Below, piece after piece: positions 46,601 to 58,400 of a DNA stretch of 64,000 bases. This stretch comes from Candidatus Multivoradales bacterium. GTDB taxonomy: Bacteria > Acidobacteriota > Thermoanaerobaculia > Multivoradales > Multivoraceae. The notes under the pieces were generated by a model. The model ran no database searches. It was not told the origin of the DNA and worked only from the letters and a program-made list of their open reading frames with translations. The first letter of the stretch is position 1. Each line of letters opens with the position of its first letter. Position numbers and translations under genes: made by a program. The DNA lies in assembly GCA_965223325.1 (NCBI GenBank), contig CBDCWI010000002.1:4448001-4512000 (forward strand), read 5' to 3'.

Positions 46601-48883
46601 GGTGTCCTCAGGGCGCTCTTCACTATGCGGCGCGGTCCCCACGTCTTCTGGAACGAGGCCGAGCCAGTTGGGCTTGGCCTTCGTTCCCTTGCGGGTCAGA
46701 TCGGACGTCTTGAAGACCTGCCGGCGGGCACCGATGAGACTGTTGCCCTGCATGAGCCGCAAGCCAAACCAGGGGCACTTACCGCCTTCGTGAATGGTGG
46801 CAAGCCAGAGCGAGACCTTGGCCAGTTCGACGGCGGTCTCATTCAGGTCGACCCCATAACAATTGTTGGTGGCCAGGCGCGCCATGACGCGGCGGCGCTC
46901 GGCCGCGTACCGGTGCGACGGCAGCAGTTCACCCGTTTCTTCCTGGCGGGCTTCGAGGTAGTGGTCGGCCAGTTGCCGGATCGCTTCGATCAGAAACGCT
47001 GAAGAGCCCATCGCCGGCTCGCAAATCGTGAGCCCGAGCATCTCATCGGCCGAGACCCGGCGGGTGCGGGTGCCGTCTTCGGATTCTTCGAACAGCAGCT
47101 CGTTCAACGAATGCTTGACCAGGCACTCGGTGAGCACCTGGGGGGTGTAGTAGCTAGCCGACTTCTCGCGGTTGCGGCCAGCCAGGCGGAAGAGAAAGGT
47201 GCCCTTGTCGTGGCGAATCGGGCGGTCTTTCTCGTCTTTCCGGATCTCTTCCGTTTTGTACTCGTCCTTGCGGCTCTCGGGAACGAACCAGACCGCCTCC
47301 TTGTCGCTGTCTTTAGGGCGGGCGACCTCAATGAGGGGCTCGCGAGCGAAGAAGCCGCTGTAGCTGAGAATGCCTTCGTAGACCGCGCCCAGCTGCTGAA
47401 TGTCGAGCTGGGCGTAGGAGATGCGGCCGCGCGATTGTCTCTTCTTTTCCGCCGAAAGGGAGAAGAGTTGCAGGATCTCCTGGAGAACGACGTTGCGAAG
47501 GCGCACGCCGGCGAGGATGGGGAGCTTGGCGTCGTCAAAGAGCGGTGCCGAGAGGGCGTCGAGGTGCATCCCGTGGTCGGTGGTGCCGCCGAAGACTCGC
47601 TCGTCTTTGAGCAGCTGCTGGGTGAGGTTGTGGCCCACTTCGGTGGGCGGGAAGCCGCGGTTGAGAACGTCGAAGAGCTTCTTCAGAGACTCGTGGAAGT
47701 AAAAGCCGTTGCGGTCGCGCTCGGTGAGGAGCGGCCTGAGCTCGAGGTCGCGCAGGCCTTCTAGGGAGTAGCCGCGGCGGTAGACCTCGGAGCCCATCGG
47801 CACCACGCGCAGTTCGGTGTCGCGCGCTTCGACATAGAACAAGAACAGCAAGCGGTAGAGCCAGGTGAGGCACTCCTTGGTGAGCTGTTCCGCGAGTGCG
47901 TCGCTGCCTTCTTCTATGCCCCACTTCGAGAAGACGTTGTCTTTGGCCTTGAAGCGCCGGTAGTGAACGGCCTCGTTGCCGAGCAGCTCAACGGCACGGC
48001 GGACGCCGATCTTGAGATCAGCGGAGACGGCGAAGGCGTGCTTGTGGGAGGCCTCGTCGAGCTGGTCGTGAAGCGGCTGGGCGCTTCGGGCTTCGTCGGG
48101 GTGGAAGGCCTGGTGGTGAATGAGCCCGGCCAGGGCATCGAGTGCCTTCTTTTCGCGCCGGCGAAAGATGGTGGAGAGGTCGAAGCTGAGCAGTGCCCCC
48201 TGGTGGTACTTGTTGCGATCGAGGAGTTGGATCTCGGTGCCGGTGAGGACGAGAACGAAGCGTGGCGGGTCGTCGAGACGGAAGAGATGCTCGTCGAAGA
48301 GCTCGCGCCAGGTGGCGGGCTGGGAACGCCGGGTATGGGAGCGCGGCGTTTGGAGGTTTTCGGTTGGGGGGTCGCCTGTCGCGCCTGCCGTACCGGTCGC
48401 CAGGTCGCCGGCGAATGGTGGTTGGTCGAGGGGGTCGGTGGTTTCTGCTTCCTGGTTGCCGCGCTGGGGGTCGGTGATTGGCCACGGGGTGTCGACGACG
48501 AGTAGCCAGTTGCGGTTGTCTCTTCTGGACCTGAGAAGGACGGGGATGACCGCGGAGGTGGCGTTGTTTCCGGGCGCGTCGCCAAGCGCGAAGAAGTCGG
48601 GCTCGGCCTGATAGCCGAGTGCCTCGAGCAGGTGGAGGTGGAAGTCGCGAGCGATGGCGAAGCGCGATTCGGCATCGCGGGTTGAGGCGGCGCGGTTGCT
48701 GGCTTCGAACCAACGTTCGGCGAGCGCGCTCAGCCGCTCGGGGGGTGTGCGTTGGCCCTTGGCCCTCTTCTCCTCGCGCCACCTCTTGAGGAGCTCCTTT
48801 TCGAGACTGTCCTCACATTTGTGTTCGAAGTAATGCGGGGAGTAGAAGTCGCGATTCTCGATTCCGGGGAGGGCGACGGTCAT
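43652..48883 (-). CDS. Large N6-adenine DNA methyltransferase (Type IIG/Eco57I/DrmMI-like)
   Basis: LGAVYEGIL, SYYTP, EPAMGSSAFL, YGVDLN, FDLVLGNPPW; C-terminal TRD-like region. Confidence 0.85.
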   Translation of the reverse strand: MTVALPGIENRDFYSPHYFEHKCEDSLEKELLKRWREEKRAKGQRTPPERLSALAERWFEASNRAASTRDAESRFAIARDFHLHLLEALGYQAEPDFFALGDAPGNNATSAVIPVLLRSRRDNRNWLLVVDTPWPITDPQRGNQEAETTDPLDQPPFAGDLATGTAGATGDPPTENLQTPRSHTRRSQPATWRELFDEHLFRLDDPPRFVLVLTGTEIQLLDRNKYHQGALLSFDLSTIFRRREKKALDALAGLIHHQAFHPDEARSAQPLHDQLDEASHKHAFAVSADLKIGVRRAVELLGNEAVHYRRFKAKDNVFSKWGIEEGSDALAEQLTKECLTWLYRLLFLFYVEARDTELRVVPMGSEVYRRGYSLEGLRDLELRPLLTERDRNGFYFHESLKKLFDVLNRGFPPTEVGHNLTQQLLKDERVFGGTTDHGMHLDALSAPLFDDAKLPILAGVRLRNVVLQEILQLFSLSAEKKRQSRGRISYAQLDIQQLGAVYEGILSYSGFFAREPLIEVARPKDSDKEAVWFVPESRKDEYKTEEIRKDEKDRPIRHDKGTFLFRLAGRNREKSASYYTPQVLTECLVKHSLNELLFEESEDGTRTRRVSADEMLGLTICEPAMGSSAFLIEAIRQLADHYLEARQEETGELLPSHRYAAERRRVMARLATNNCYGVDLNETAVELAKVSLWLATIHEGGKCPWFGLRLMQGNSLIGARRQVFKTSDLTRKGTKAKPNWLGLVPEDVGTAPHSEERPEDTVYHFLVPAAGMAAYGESKVLKELCSEDAERLRNWRSNQKEPFSRDDIERLVRLSDAVDKLFEKVTAERLFAIEETTDRIPVWGEKRGSSVAGDGGIEPSSFVPVRMSRDGELLVSQQEEVMRAVVRDNGPYRRLELVMDIWCSLFFWPPELSHQLPERSVWLGWLELILEGRTEAPGPPEQIGLFADVIAEMEQKLPAVGQEAAEMLGAGESTQVRLRRLRRISERFARLGEDYVEACGVVAVEELLAGNPDLAVVRKVAYPEPAFGGGVRKDTKKDEEGENRKDSQRGTERRFLHWELCFPEVFAGGGGFDLVLGNPPWIKLQWKEAGLLSEAEPTLALRKTSSSNIAKQRGELIGRHGQLGDYVAEMVEMEGTQAFLCERQNYPLLPKIQTNLYKCFITRTWELGSERGIAGFIHQEGVYDDPKGGELRTALYPRLAAHYQFDNKLRLFPEVGAMDTFFSLNVYRHRTTDSFLQVSNLLHPTTIESSLTHDGHGPVPGIKNEDNAWDLRGHRSRVLCIDEQRLELFAKLYDEPGTPALEARLPVVHSEEILRVLEKFAAQPRKLGDLEDQYFATEMWHETNAQKDGTIKRETRQPKHPGEWILQGPHFHVGTPFNKTPNEGCKSKGDYTAIDLTAIPDDYLPRTNYVPACDAEEYRKRTPKWRGRLVTDYYRHVNRNMLSPTGERTLINAIAPPGCAHIDPVLSVAFASTADLLLFSGLASSLCFDFFVKTTGKPKCGVGLLERLPVPRDCPDLAEELRNEVLRLHCHHTAFGDIAPSAECAAYTSDRERRNALVRLDVIGAKLIGLSIEELITIYRSQFPVLQQYERERMYDQHGRQIPTARTASGRDCVNLVQLAALLAEQTGFDIEQAYEANAPGTKRLLQKKVRLKKRDAAVLGIDERCTIADLTTTTEITKDGEEARSLLALRYSDPGLEPYLERTYPTPWFRCDREAEYRELWEDTIESETTNPQVANRAKVAT

Positions 48884-49154
48884 TGGCAGACTCCGGTGGC
48901 GGAATCGGCGAATTTGGCGATTCCGGAGAGTCTAGGAGTCTAATGGCCAATTCCCATTAATACAAGGAATCAAGAGAATGTAGCGTGGGGGTGCTTGCGT
49001 TCCGGGCAAGAGGGAGCGACGGGGCTTGCCTGGTATCTGGGCGCCTGGCCTGTGGCGGGTCTAAGCCAGGTCTCAGCCGAGGGGCGATCGCCGGCAGCCA
49101 GCAGGCCGACTGCTTTTGGGGGCGGGCTCTTGCGGGGGGACCGAATGGGCGCCG

Positions 49155-52100
49155 CTAGCGGCCGTCGGGCATGACGAGTGCCGCGATGCGCAGGAACGGG
49201 TCGGGCACTGTGCGCAGGCTTTCTCTCAGGAAGCGGTGGTGCTCTTCGTGGGTCCGCTCGACTTCTCGTTGGCTTTCGTCGATCCGTTTGCGCTTGACGA
49301 CGGTACTCGGTGTCTTCGAGGCCTCGTCGAGAGCGGCACGTTCATCGGCAATGGCGGCGAGGCGGCGATCACGCCAATTACTCACCCGCAGAACGCCTTC
49401 TTGCAATTTCTGGTTGAGCCCTTCCATGCGCTCGATCCGGAGATCTCCCATCCGTCGTCGAGCAGCATCGAGGGCGGGCTCGAGCAGGGTGCGAAGCAGC
49501 TCGATGTCGGCGTCCGGCAATGCGGTGCCCGGGTTGGGCAGGTCTTTGGCGAGATCGAGGTCGTCAATCAGGGCGCGCAGCGGCTCGGTTCCCATAACGA
49601 GAGGTTCGATGCCCGGCGTGAGCTCGAAACGGATGGCGAGCCACTCGGCGATGACTGGCTGGGTGCGTTCGTTCGAGATCACGGCCTGCAAGACGACGAT
49701 GCGCTCGTTCTCGCCGAGGCCGGAAGAGGCAGGAAGGCGGAGAACGGGCGCTTCGTGTCGTTCCAGGCAGGAGAGCACCCGGTCGTCGAGCCAACGGCTG
49801 ACGGGATGCTGTTCCCAGAAGAGCTCCCACTCCGGCCAGTTCTCTTCAGACTTTCGGGCGTCTTCGAGCGACTGCATGACGCGCTCGCGGTCGATGGTGA
49901 GTTTGAGACCTTGATCTTTGGCGATGCGGCGCAGCTCGGGCGGGAGCTCTTCGTAGCGGCGCAGAAGATCGGCGGAGGGGTAGAGCTCGAAGCCACGCAC
50001 CGAGTCATGAAACTCGACCTCTCCGGCGAGCGAGATCTCAGAGCCGTTGTAGCCGGCATCGATCAGCTTCTGTTTCTGCAGTGCGTCCTGGGCCTGGAGC
50101 TCGGCGAAGGCGGTGCGGGCGTAGGCGAGGTCGTCTGCGAAGAGGCGTACGGGCTCGGCGGTTTCGGCTTCGAGGTGCTCTTTGTGGTCGCCGAAGATCA
50201 AGTCGGCCAATAAGGACGTTGGTTCCTGGTCGGGCAGGATCTCTTCGGCGGGGCGGCCGTGCTCGAGGCCTTCGGCAATGTGTTGCTCTTCTTCGAGCAC
50301 GTCGTGCAGCTCGAGCACGAAGGCGGCGTCACCGAGGTTGCGGTGCGCTTGCTCTTCCTTTTCGATGAGGCGTTCGGCGACGCGCAGTTCGCCGCGTAGG
50401 ACCTCGCCGTTCTTGACCTCGCTGGCGTCGAAGCTGCTGGCATCGGGCACTGCCAGGAGGTAGTGAACTTGAGGGTCGTGCTGCTGCCCGAAACGGTCGA
50501 TGCGGCCGTTTCGCTGCTCGAGCGAAATGACCGACCAGGGCAGGTCGTAGTGCACCAGGCGGTGGCAGTGGTGATGGAGGTTGATGCCCTCGGAGGCGGC
50601 ATCGGAAGCGAGCAGGATGCGGAGGGGGCTGGCGGCGACGCCAAAAGACTCAACGCGCTCTTTCTGCTGCTGGTCGTCGAGAGAGCCGTGAAAGACGGCG
50701 ATGGCGCCTTCTTTGAGCTTCAGGTCGGAGGCGAGCGCCTCTTCGAGGAAGGCGAGGGTGGCGAGACGCTCCGAGAAGATGACGACGCGCTCGTTCTTTC
50801 CCCGGGCGCCGACGCCTTCGTCTCGCAGCCAGGCGAGCAGGTGCTGGTACTTGGCGGTCTTCTTGTCGTCGATGGCAGCGACCGCAGAGCGGAGGCGGTC
50901 GAGCTCCCTCAGGTCGTGCGCTTCTGGGCGGTCATCGACCTTCTCGGGGCCGGGGTCTTCTTCGGCCAGGCCGAGTTTCTTGCGCACGTTCCTGATGCGC
51001 ACGTCGATGGTGGCTGCGCAGGCAGCCTTCGAAGACAGGAGGGACTTGGTGAGGTGGGTGGTAAAGAGTGCTCTTGCGCCGCCGATGCTGGTCTTTCCGA
51101 GAGAGCGCAGGTCGAGATTGGCGAGCACCCGATAGGCCTCGTTCTCTTTTGGGCTCGCATCGAGGCGGTGCCTGAAGATGCGGCGCTCGCGGAAGGCGTC
51201 TTCGCTCTCGGCGGCGACGTCTTTCTTGGCGCGGCGAATGAAGAGGTGTTCGATCTCGCTGGCGTCGAAGTCCTCGGGGTCGGCGATGGCGGTGGGGTCG
51301 AGGAGCTGAATCAAGCTGGCGAAGCTCTCGGCCTTGCCGTCGTGCGGGGTCGCCGAGGCGAGCAGCAGGGTGTCGCAGCGGTCGGCGAGCAGGCGGGCGA
51401 GGCGGGATCTTTGCGAGCGGCCGGCCCCGCGCGCGCGCTCGGCGACGTGCTGGCACTCGTCGACGACGATGACGTCCCAATGCGCGTGCTCAATGTAGGA
51501 GCGGTACTTGGCGTCTTTCTTGAGCGTGTCGACCGAGATGATCGTGCGGTCGAAGTAGTGGAACGGGTTCTGGTGGGAGGGGATTCGTGACTGAACGCGC
51601 TGGAGACCAATGGAGTCGAGGCGGACGAGCGGCAGGGTGAAGCGTGCCCAGAGCTCGTGCTGGAACTGCGCCAGGACGGACTTCAAGGCCACGACGAGAA
51701 TGCGGTTGGCGCGACCTCTTTGGGCCAATTCGGAAAGCAGAATGCCCACCTCGACGGTTTTGCCGAGCCCCACCGCGTCGCCAATGAGGAGCCGAGCTCG
51801 GGGTTGCGCCAGGGCAACGGCGGCTGGTGTGAGCTGGTAGGGCGACGGGCGCATGGCGGCGCGGTGCCCGACGTAGAGGCGGCTGTCGGTGGGCGGAGAG
51901 GAGCGCAGGAGGCTCTCGAGAAAGAGCCGCGAGCGGCGAAAGCTCGGCGACTCGTCGACCACCAGGGTGGTTTCCTCGGGGCGCAGCTCCTTCCAGTCGT
52001 CGAGTTCTTCGAGAAAGATCGCCTCCAGGTTCTGGACCAGGCCGCTGGCACCCTGGACGTGCAGGGCGAGGCCGTCGCTTCGGCCGGCCGATGACGTGCG

Positions 52101-52226
52101 GTGGGTCTTACGAACAATCCACTCCTCGTCGCGGATAACGACGCGCGCTCCGGGGGCGGGCGCGGTACGTCGCCTGGCGCGAGGTTTGGTGGGCCTCGGC
52201 GTGGGGGCGGGAGCGGTGAGAGTCAT
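49155..52226 (-). CDS. SNF2-family helicase (DrmD-like)
   Basis: GDAVGLGKT, VDECQH, SATPHDG, SEGINL, EQRNGRIDR; start MTLTAP with AAAGGA RBS. Confidence 0.85.
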   Translation of the reverse strand: MTLTAPAPTPRPTKPRARRRTAPAPGARVVIRDEEWIVRKTHRTSSAGRSDGLALHVQGASGLVQNLEAIFLEELDDWKELRPEETTLVVDESPSFRRSRLFLESLLRSSPPTDSRLYVGHRAAMRPSPYQLTPAAVALAQPRARLLIGDAVGLGKTVEVGILLSELAQRGRANRILVVALKSVLAQFQHELWARFTLPLVRLDSIGLQRVQSRIPSHQNPFHYFDRTIISVDTLKKDAKYRSYIEHAHWDVIVVDECQHVAERARGAGRSQRSRLARLLADRCDTLLLASATPHDGKAESFASLIQLLDPTAIADPEDFDASEIEHLFIRRAKKDVAAESEDAFRERRIFRHRLDASPKENEAYRVLANLDLRSLGKTSIGGARALFTTHLTKSLLSSKAACAATIDVRIRNVRKKLGLAEEDPGPEKVDDRPEAHDLRELDRLRSAVAAIDDKKTAKYQHLLAWLRDEGVGARGKNERVVIFSERLATLAFLEEALASDLKLKEGAIAVFHGSLDDQQQKERVESFGVAASPLRILLASDAASEGINLHHHCHRLVHYDLPWSVISLEQRNGRIDRFGQQHDPQVHYLLAVPDASSFDASEVKNGEVLRGELRVAERLIEKEEQAHRNLGDAAFVLELHDVLEEEQHIAEGLEHGRPAEEILPDQEPTSLLADLIFGDHKEHLEAETAEPVRLFADDLAYARTAFAELQAQDALQKQKLIDAGYNGSEISLAGEVEFHDSVRGFELYPSADLLRRYEELPPELRRIAKDQGLKLTIDRERVMQSLEDARKSEENWPEWELFWEQHPVSRWLDDRVLSCLERHEAPVLRLPASSGLGENERIVVLQAVISNERTQPVIAEWLAIRFELTPGIEPLVMGTEPLRALIDDLDLAKDLPNPGTALPDADIELLRTLLEPALDAARRRMGDLRIERMEGLNQKLQEGVLRVSNWRDRRLAAIADERAALDEASKTPSTVVKRKRIDESQREVERTHEEHHRFLRESLRTVPDPFLRIAALVMPDGR

Positions 52227-52401
52227 GGCGAACCGTCCTTTCGAACGAGCCGGCGATCGCGGTGGGGCGAGGCGACTCGAATGGGGCAATGAATCTAGCC
52301 AATTAATGTTTGAAAAACAAGAATTACTAATATACTGGTGAAACGGTGTTTTGAACCGTCCTCGCCATGCCCTCCAGGGCCTTTTCACTTTCTTTCCGCC
52401 A

Positions 52402-55400
52402 ATGCTCCCTTCGATCCTTGCTGGCCAGATTCGGGCCACGGTGCTCGACTACCTGACGACGACGTTCGGTCTTTCCGACCGAGCGTTCGAGGAGAGCCTC
52501 GTAGAGTTTCTGGACGGCGAGTCGGGTTTGTTCCGCGGGCCGTACTACGAAGTGCGGTTGCCGTTTCGGCGAGAGAGCCATGCAGCGAACACGCCGCTCG
52601 AAGTGCACCCACCCTTTCAGCCCTATCGCCATCAGGCACTCGCCTTCGATCGGCTGACGTCGGCGGGCGGTCACCAGCCGCAACACACACTGATCGTGAC
52701 CGGTACCGGTTCTGGCAAGACGGAGTGTTTTCTCTACCCGATCCTCGATCACTGCCTGCGCCATAAGGACGAGCCGGGGATCAAGGCGATCCTGCTCTAT
52801 CCGATGAACGCGTTGGCTTCGGATCAGGCGCATCGCCTGGCGGAGCTGATTCACACCGATGAACGGCTGCGCGGTTCGGTGACCGCGGGAATGTACGTTG
52901 GGCAGAAGGGGCGCTATGGCGTGATGGGGCCGGATCACCTCGTGGATCAGCGTGCGGCTCTGCGCGACGACCCTCCCGACATCCTGTTGACGAACTACCG
53001 GATGCTCGACTTCCTGCTTCTGCGCCCCGAGGACGCGCGTCTCTGGCGGCACAACGGCGAGGAAACGTTGCGCTACCTGGTGCTCGATGAGCTGCACACC
53101 TACGACGGCGCCCAGGGAACTGACGTCGCGTTCCTGCTGCGTCGTCTTCGTCGTCGCCTGCAGTGTGCGAAGGGTGCCGTGTGCTGCGTGGGGACGTCGG
53201 CAACCATTGCGGGTGAGAGTGCGGAGGGCGCGGGCTCTGCGCATGAGCCGCTGATCGAGTTCGCCAGGACGCTGTTTGACGACTATTTCGCGCGCGACGC
53301 GGTGGTGACCGAGGACCGCTCGAGTGCGGTGGAGGTGTTGGGGACCGAGCAGGATCTCGATCGTTTTCCTGAGAGCTCGGCGGGCGGCTCTTTGCAGCAG
53401 CTTCTGCCGTCGTCCTACGACGACTCAGAGCAGTGGCTGGCGGCGCAGGCCGCGGAGTGGCTTGGAGATGACGTATCTGTCGAAGACGTGGTGTCGCTGG
53501 GTGAGCGGCTGTCGCGTCATCCGCTGCTTCATCTTCTGGTGCGCTCGCTCGAGAGCGGGTCGTTGTCGTTCGAGGCGCTGGACCGGGAGCTGGCGCGGTG
53601 GAGTGAACCGTGGAGTGCCATTCCCGCGGAGTGGCGGCGCCCGGCGCTCGATTCGTTCCTGGCAGTGGTGTCGACGGCGCGGACGCGGGAAGGTGCCTCT
53701 TCAGAATCGGAACGGACGCAGCCGTTCCTGACGGTCCAGGTGCATCTCTGGGTGCGCGAGCTCAGCCGGCTGTTGCAATTGGTGACAGCCGACGAGGAGC
53801 GGGTTTTTCGGTTCGACTCCGATCCAGACCCTCAGGCGAGCCTGCACAAGACGCGGCACTGGCTTCCCCTGGTGTGGTGCCGCGAGTGCGGGTCGCACGG
53901 TCTTGCCTCTGCCGAGCAGATCGGCACGCCGGCGCTCGAGAGCGCGGCACCCCAGATCAACAAGAGCTGGTTGGACGGCAAATCGAGTGCTCTGGCGCTG
54001 TTCGAGGCGCGCGGCGGCGAGGCGGTTCCCGGTACCCAGACCCGGCTCTTGTGCCCGACGTGCCTTTCGCTTGCCGATGATCGGTCAGGAAAAGGCGAAG
54101 CGGGCGCCAGTTGCCAGTGTTGGTCACGCGACGGTGGAGCCAAGCGCCGGGTCCTGATCTCCTCGGCGGGGGCGGATTCCTCGTCGGGCAACGGACGCAC
54201 GAAGAGCAGCCGCGGTGAGGGTGGCAAGAAGGTGTTCTCGAGAGCCTGCCCGATGTGTGAGTCGAAAGATGCCCTGGTGATGATGGGCTCGCGAGCGGCG
54301 ACCCTGCTCTCCGTGACGGTGAGCCAACTGCTCTCGTCTGAGCACAATCAGGATCGCAAGCTGCTCGCCTTCACCGATTCGGTCCAGGACGCTTCGCACC
54401 GGGCGGGCTTCTTCGGCGCGCGGACCTACACGTTCAACCTGCGTTCGGCGATTCAGGGAACCATCGCGGGCTGGGAGGAAGCAAAGAGCGCGCCGTTGCC
54501 GCTTGCCGATTGCGCTTCCGCGATGCTCGAACATTGGACAACCCGGGTGGAGCCGGCGTTTCTCTACGCTGCCTTGCTGCCGCCGGATCTCCTGGGGCTC
54601 AACGAGTGGCAGCGGGTTCTCGAAGCCTGGCGTGAGCTGAGCGAGCTTTCGAGCGAGGAGAGAATGGAGCGGCGGGAGGCAGTACAAGTTCCGGCGTTTC
54701 TCGACATTCTCGAACCGCGCCTTCAGTGGGAGGTGCAGCGGGAGCTGGGGCTGGATTCGCGGACGGGCCGTACGCTCGAGTGGGCAGGATGCACGGCACT
54801 CGGGTTCGATGCCGAGCGTCTGAAACGTGCGGCCGAGCGGCTCTGTCTCGAGGTCGAGGAGGAGAGCTGGTTTGGCGACCGGGGAGCGGGTGCCCTTCCG
54901 AGCAGCGAGGCCATGCAGCATCTACTGCTTGGTTTGTTGCACCGCATGCGCCAGCGCGGTGCGCTCGACCACCCGTGGCTGCGGCCGTTCTTCGAATGGG
55001 GCGGTGCGCGCTATCTCCTCAGTCGCAAGCGCCAGCCGTATCTTTCGCCGTTTCCGGATCGCGCCGTTCTGCCGCGCATGCTGGTGGAAGGAAAGCACAA
55101 GGTCTTCGACCAGGTCGACAGCCCACATGCCTACACCTGGCTAAGGTATTGGGCGGCGCGCTGTCTCGAGGTCGATGCTTCGGGCCCCGGCGCGAGCGAT
55201 TTCTGGCGGATGGCGCTCCGCATCCTGGCTACCGAAGGGCTCGCTTTGGAGGTCACTACCGAGACTCGTTCAGGGGCTACGCAGCAGCGAGGGTGGACCC
55301 TCGCACCGGCCGCTGCCTGGGTGACCACCGGGACGCGGCGGCTCGTCTGTGACGACGCTAGTTGCCAGCGGGAACGGATGCTGGCTGATGAGGAAGCGAA

Positions 55401-58400
55401 GCTCTTCCTTGGCCGGCCGTGCCCCTACTACCGCTGCTCGGGTGTGCTGCGGGCAAGCACTGAGGTTTCGCCGAGGGCCAAGGCGCGTCACGACTACTAC
55501 CAGAGGCTCTACGCCGCAGACCATCTCGAGCGTGTGGTGTGTGCCGAGCACACCGGTCTTCTGGCGCGCAAAGACCGGGAAGACCTGGAGGCCGCGTTTC
55601 GGGCCGGCAAGGTTCCTGGCGCACCGAATGTGTTGGTTTGCACGCCGACGCTCGAGATGGGAATCGACATCGGCGACCTGTCGGCGACGCTTCTGTGCTC
55701 GGTACCGCCAACCCCTGCCAGCTACCTGCAGCGGTTGGGGCGCGCGGGCCGTAAGACTGGCAACGCCTTGTCGGTGACCATGGCGGCGTCGCGGCCGCAT
55801 GACCTGTACTTCCACAACGAGCCGCTGTCGATGCTTCGTGGCCAGGTGCTGCCGCCCGGGGCGTACCTCGAGGCGCCCGAGATGCTGATTCGCCAGTTCG
55901 CCGCGTTCTCGATGGATCAATGGGCACGGGACCGTGCAGAGGCTGGCGACCGCGAGCCCTTGCCGCATCAGATGGGGCTCGTCCTCGCGGAGAAGAAGGA
56001 CGCGGACCGGTTCTTTCCCGACACCTTCGAGGCGTTCTACGAGGAACAGTTCGAGAGGCTGTGGGAAGAGTTCAGTGTCGGCTTCTGCCCGCCCGATGAG
56101 GAGGCGAGAGCTGAGATGCGCGCCTCCCTGGTGACCGATTCGGTCCCGGCGCGCTTCCGTGCCGCCTTCAAGGAGGTCGCGGACGAGCTCGCCGAGCTAC
56201 AGAGCATCGCGCGTCGAACGCGGCTGCGTGCCAAGAAGATCGAGGCCGATCCCACCATCTCGGAAGCGCCAGAGGAAGAGCAGAAGGAACTGGCCGATAC
56301 GGGCAGGGTGCTTGGGCGGCTGATGAAAGAACTGCGCAAGAAGTATCCGCTCCAGGTGCTCACCGATGCCGGGACATTGCCGAACTATGCCTTTCCGGAG
56401 CGCGGTGTTTCGTTTGAGTCGGTGGTGCGAAAAGAGCGCACGAGCAAGGCGGGCGGCAAGGAGCAGAAGGGGTCTTCTGACTTTCAGAAACGGGAGTATG
56501 TGCGCCCGGCGCATGCGGCGATTCGGGAACTCGCGCCGCACAACACGTTCTACGCCGAAGGACTGCGGGTTCGGATCGACCAGATCGACATCGGCACACA
56601 AGCTCAGCCGCTCTTCGAGTACTGGCGCTTCTGTCCCGACTGCTCGCACTCCGAGCGCGAGCTCGATGAAGCCGAGGGCGGCGGCGTGGTCGAGGCGCGC
56701 TGTCCGCACTGTAAACACGAGGGTTGGGCGGATTCTGGCCAGCGGCGCGTGGTGGTGCCGTTTCGGCGAGCGCGGGCCCTTTCGAAGCTGGCCGAGGCAA
56801 CGGCCGCGGTGTCCAAGGAAGACCGGGAGCGTAAGTACTACGAAGTGGCGCGGCTGGTCGATGTGGGGCCGCACAACGCCCTGGGTGGCTACACGTTTCC
56901 GAAGCTGCCCTTCGGCTGGGAGCGCCTGCAGCATGTGCCACTCTCTGAGGTGAACTTCGGTGTGCAGCGCAACGCCTCCGAGCAGTCGTTTCGGGTGGCC
57001 GACCGGCCGATTCACGAGACCGGCTTTCCGGTGTGCGCGCGCTGCGGCCATGTGCGTGGCGGTGGCGACGACGAAGAGAAGCGAGATCAGCGGCACACGC
57101 CCTGGTGCCCTGGCCGCCGTGAGGGTGCAAAGGAGAACTTCGTCGATGTTTCGCTCTACCGCCAGATCGAGTCTGAGGCGTTGCGCATTCTGCTTCCGGT
57201 TGCAACGCAGGATGTCGAGCGCAAGCGGGCGTCTTTCAAGGCGGCTTTGCAGCTCGGCATCCGTCGCATGCTCGGGGGCCAGGCGAGCCATCTCGAGCTC
57301 ACCGAGAGCGACGAACCGGCGAACCGGTTAGAAGGCGGGGGCGCTCGCCGGCGCTACGTTCTTCTCTACGACAGGGTGCCCGGCGGGACCGGCCAGCTGG
57401 CGCATATCGCCGAGCCCGAGACCTTCGAAAAGCTTCTACGGGTTGCACACCGGGCGCTCACCACGTGCGAGTGCCAGCGCGGCGAGTCCGAGCGCGATGG
57501 TTGCTATCTCTGCCTGTTTGCCTATCAGGTGCAGCGTGACCTGCCAATTCTCTCGTCGCATGCCGCGCGCGAGATGATCGATCAGGTTCTCGAACAGTTC
57601 GAGGGCGGCGAGCTGACGCCTACGGATTCGCTTTCGAACGCTTCGATTGATGATCTGATCGAGAGTGAACTGGAGGCGAAGTTCCTCGAGGTGCTCGAAC
57701 GCTACGCACACAAGCGCGGTACCGAGCTCGAGCGTTCGATCCAGGGTGGCAGGCCGCGGTGGATCCTGCGCTTGCCTGGCGGTGTTGGCGCCGATGGCAG
57801 GGAGACCCCGGGGCGCAGTTGGGTCGTGCGCCAACAGGTGGACATTGGTTCGAGGGAGGGCGTCGACCGCGCCTCGCGCCCGGATTTTGTGATTGCGCCG
57901 CGCGACGGCGACCCTTCTGTGCTGCCGATCGCAGTGTTCTGTGACGGTGCGGCTTTCCATGTCACGCCGGAACGGGAGACCGGGGTGATCGCGGCCGATG
58001 TCGCGAAGCGCCGCGCACTGATTGAGAGTGAGCGCTATCGCGTGTGGTCGTTGACCTGGGGTGATCTCGAGGCTTGGATCCGAGACGAAGATACAGCGGT
58101 GCGGGACGCGTTCAGCGAGCCGAGCCGCAGTGTCCTCGGCCACTTGTGGGACCAGAGGGCCGCCGGGCCGCTCAAGCAAGGTCTCTTGACCAGGGGGAGC
58201 GCGAGCCTCTTGTTTGCACACTTGGAGCATCCAGACGCGGCTCACTGGTCGGCGGTTGCAGAGGCCACGGTTGCGGCATGGGCGTTGTCGGGCCCGTTCC
58301 TCGAGGCGAGCGACGCCGCGGAAATGCGTGAGCGCCTGATTTCCGATGGGGCCGATGTGGGGGGCTTTCTGGTTGCGGTGCACAAGAAGCCGGATGCCGA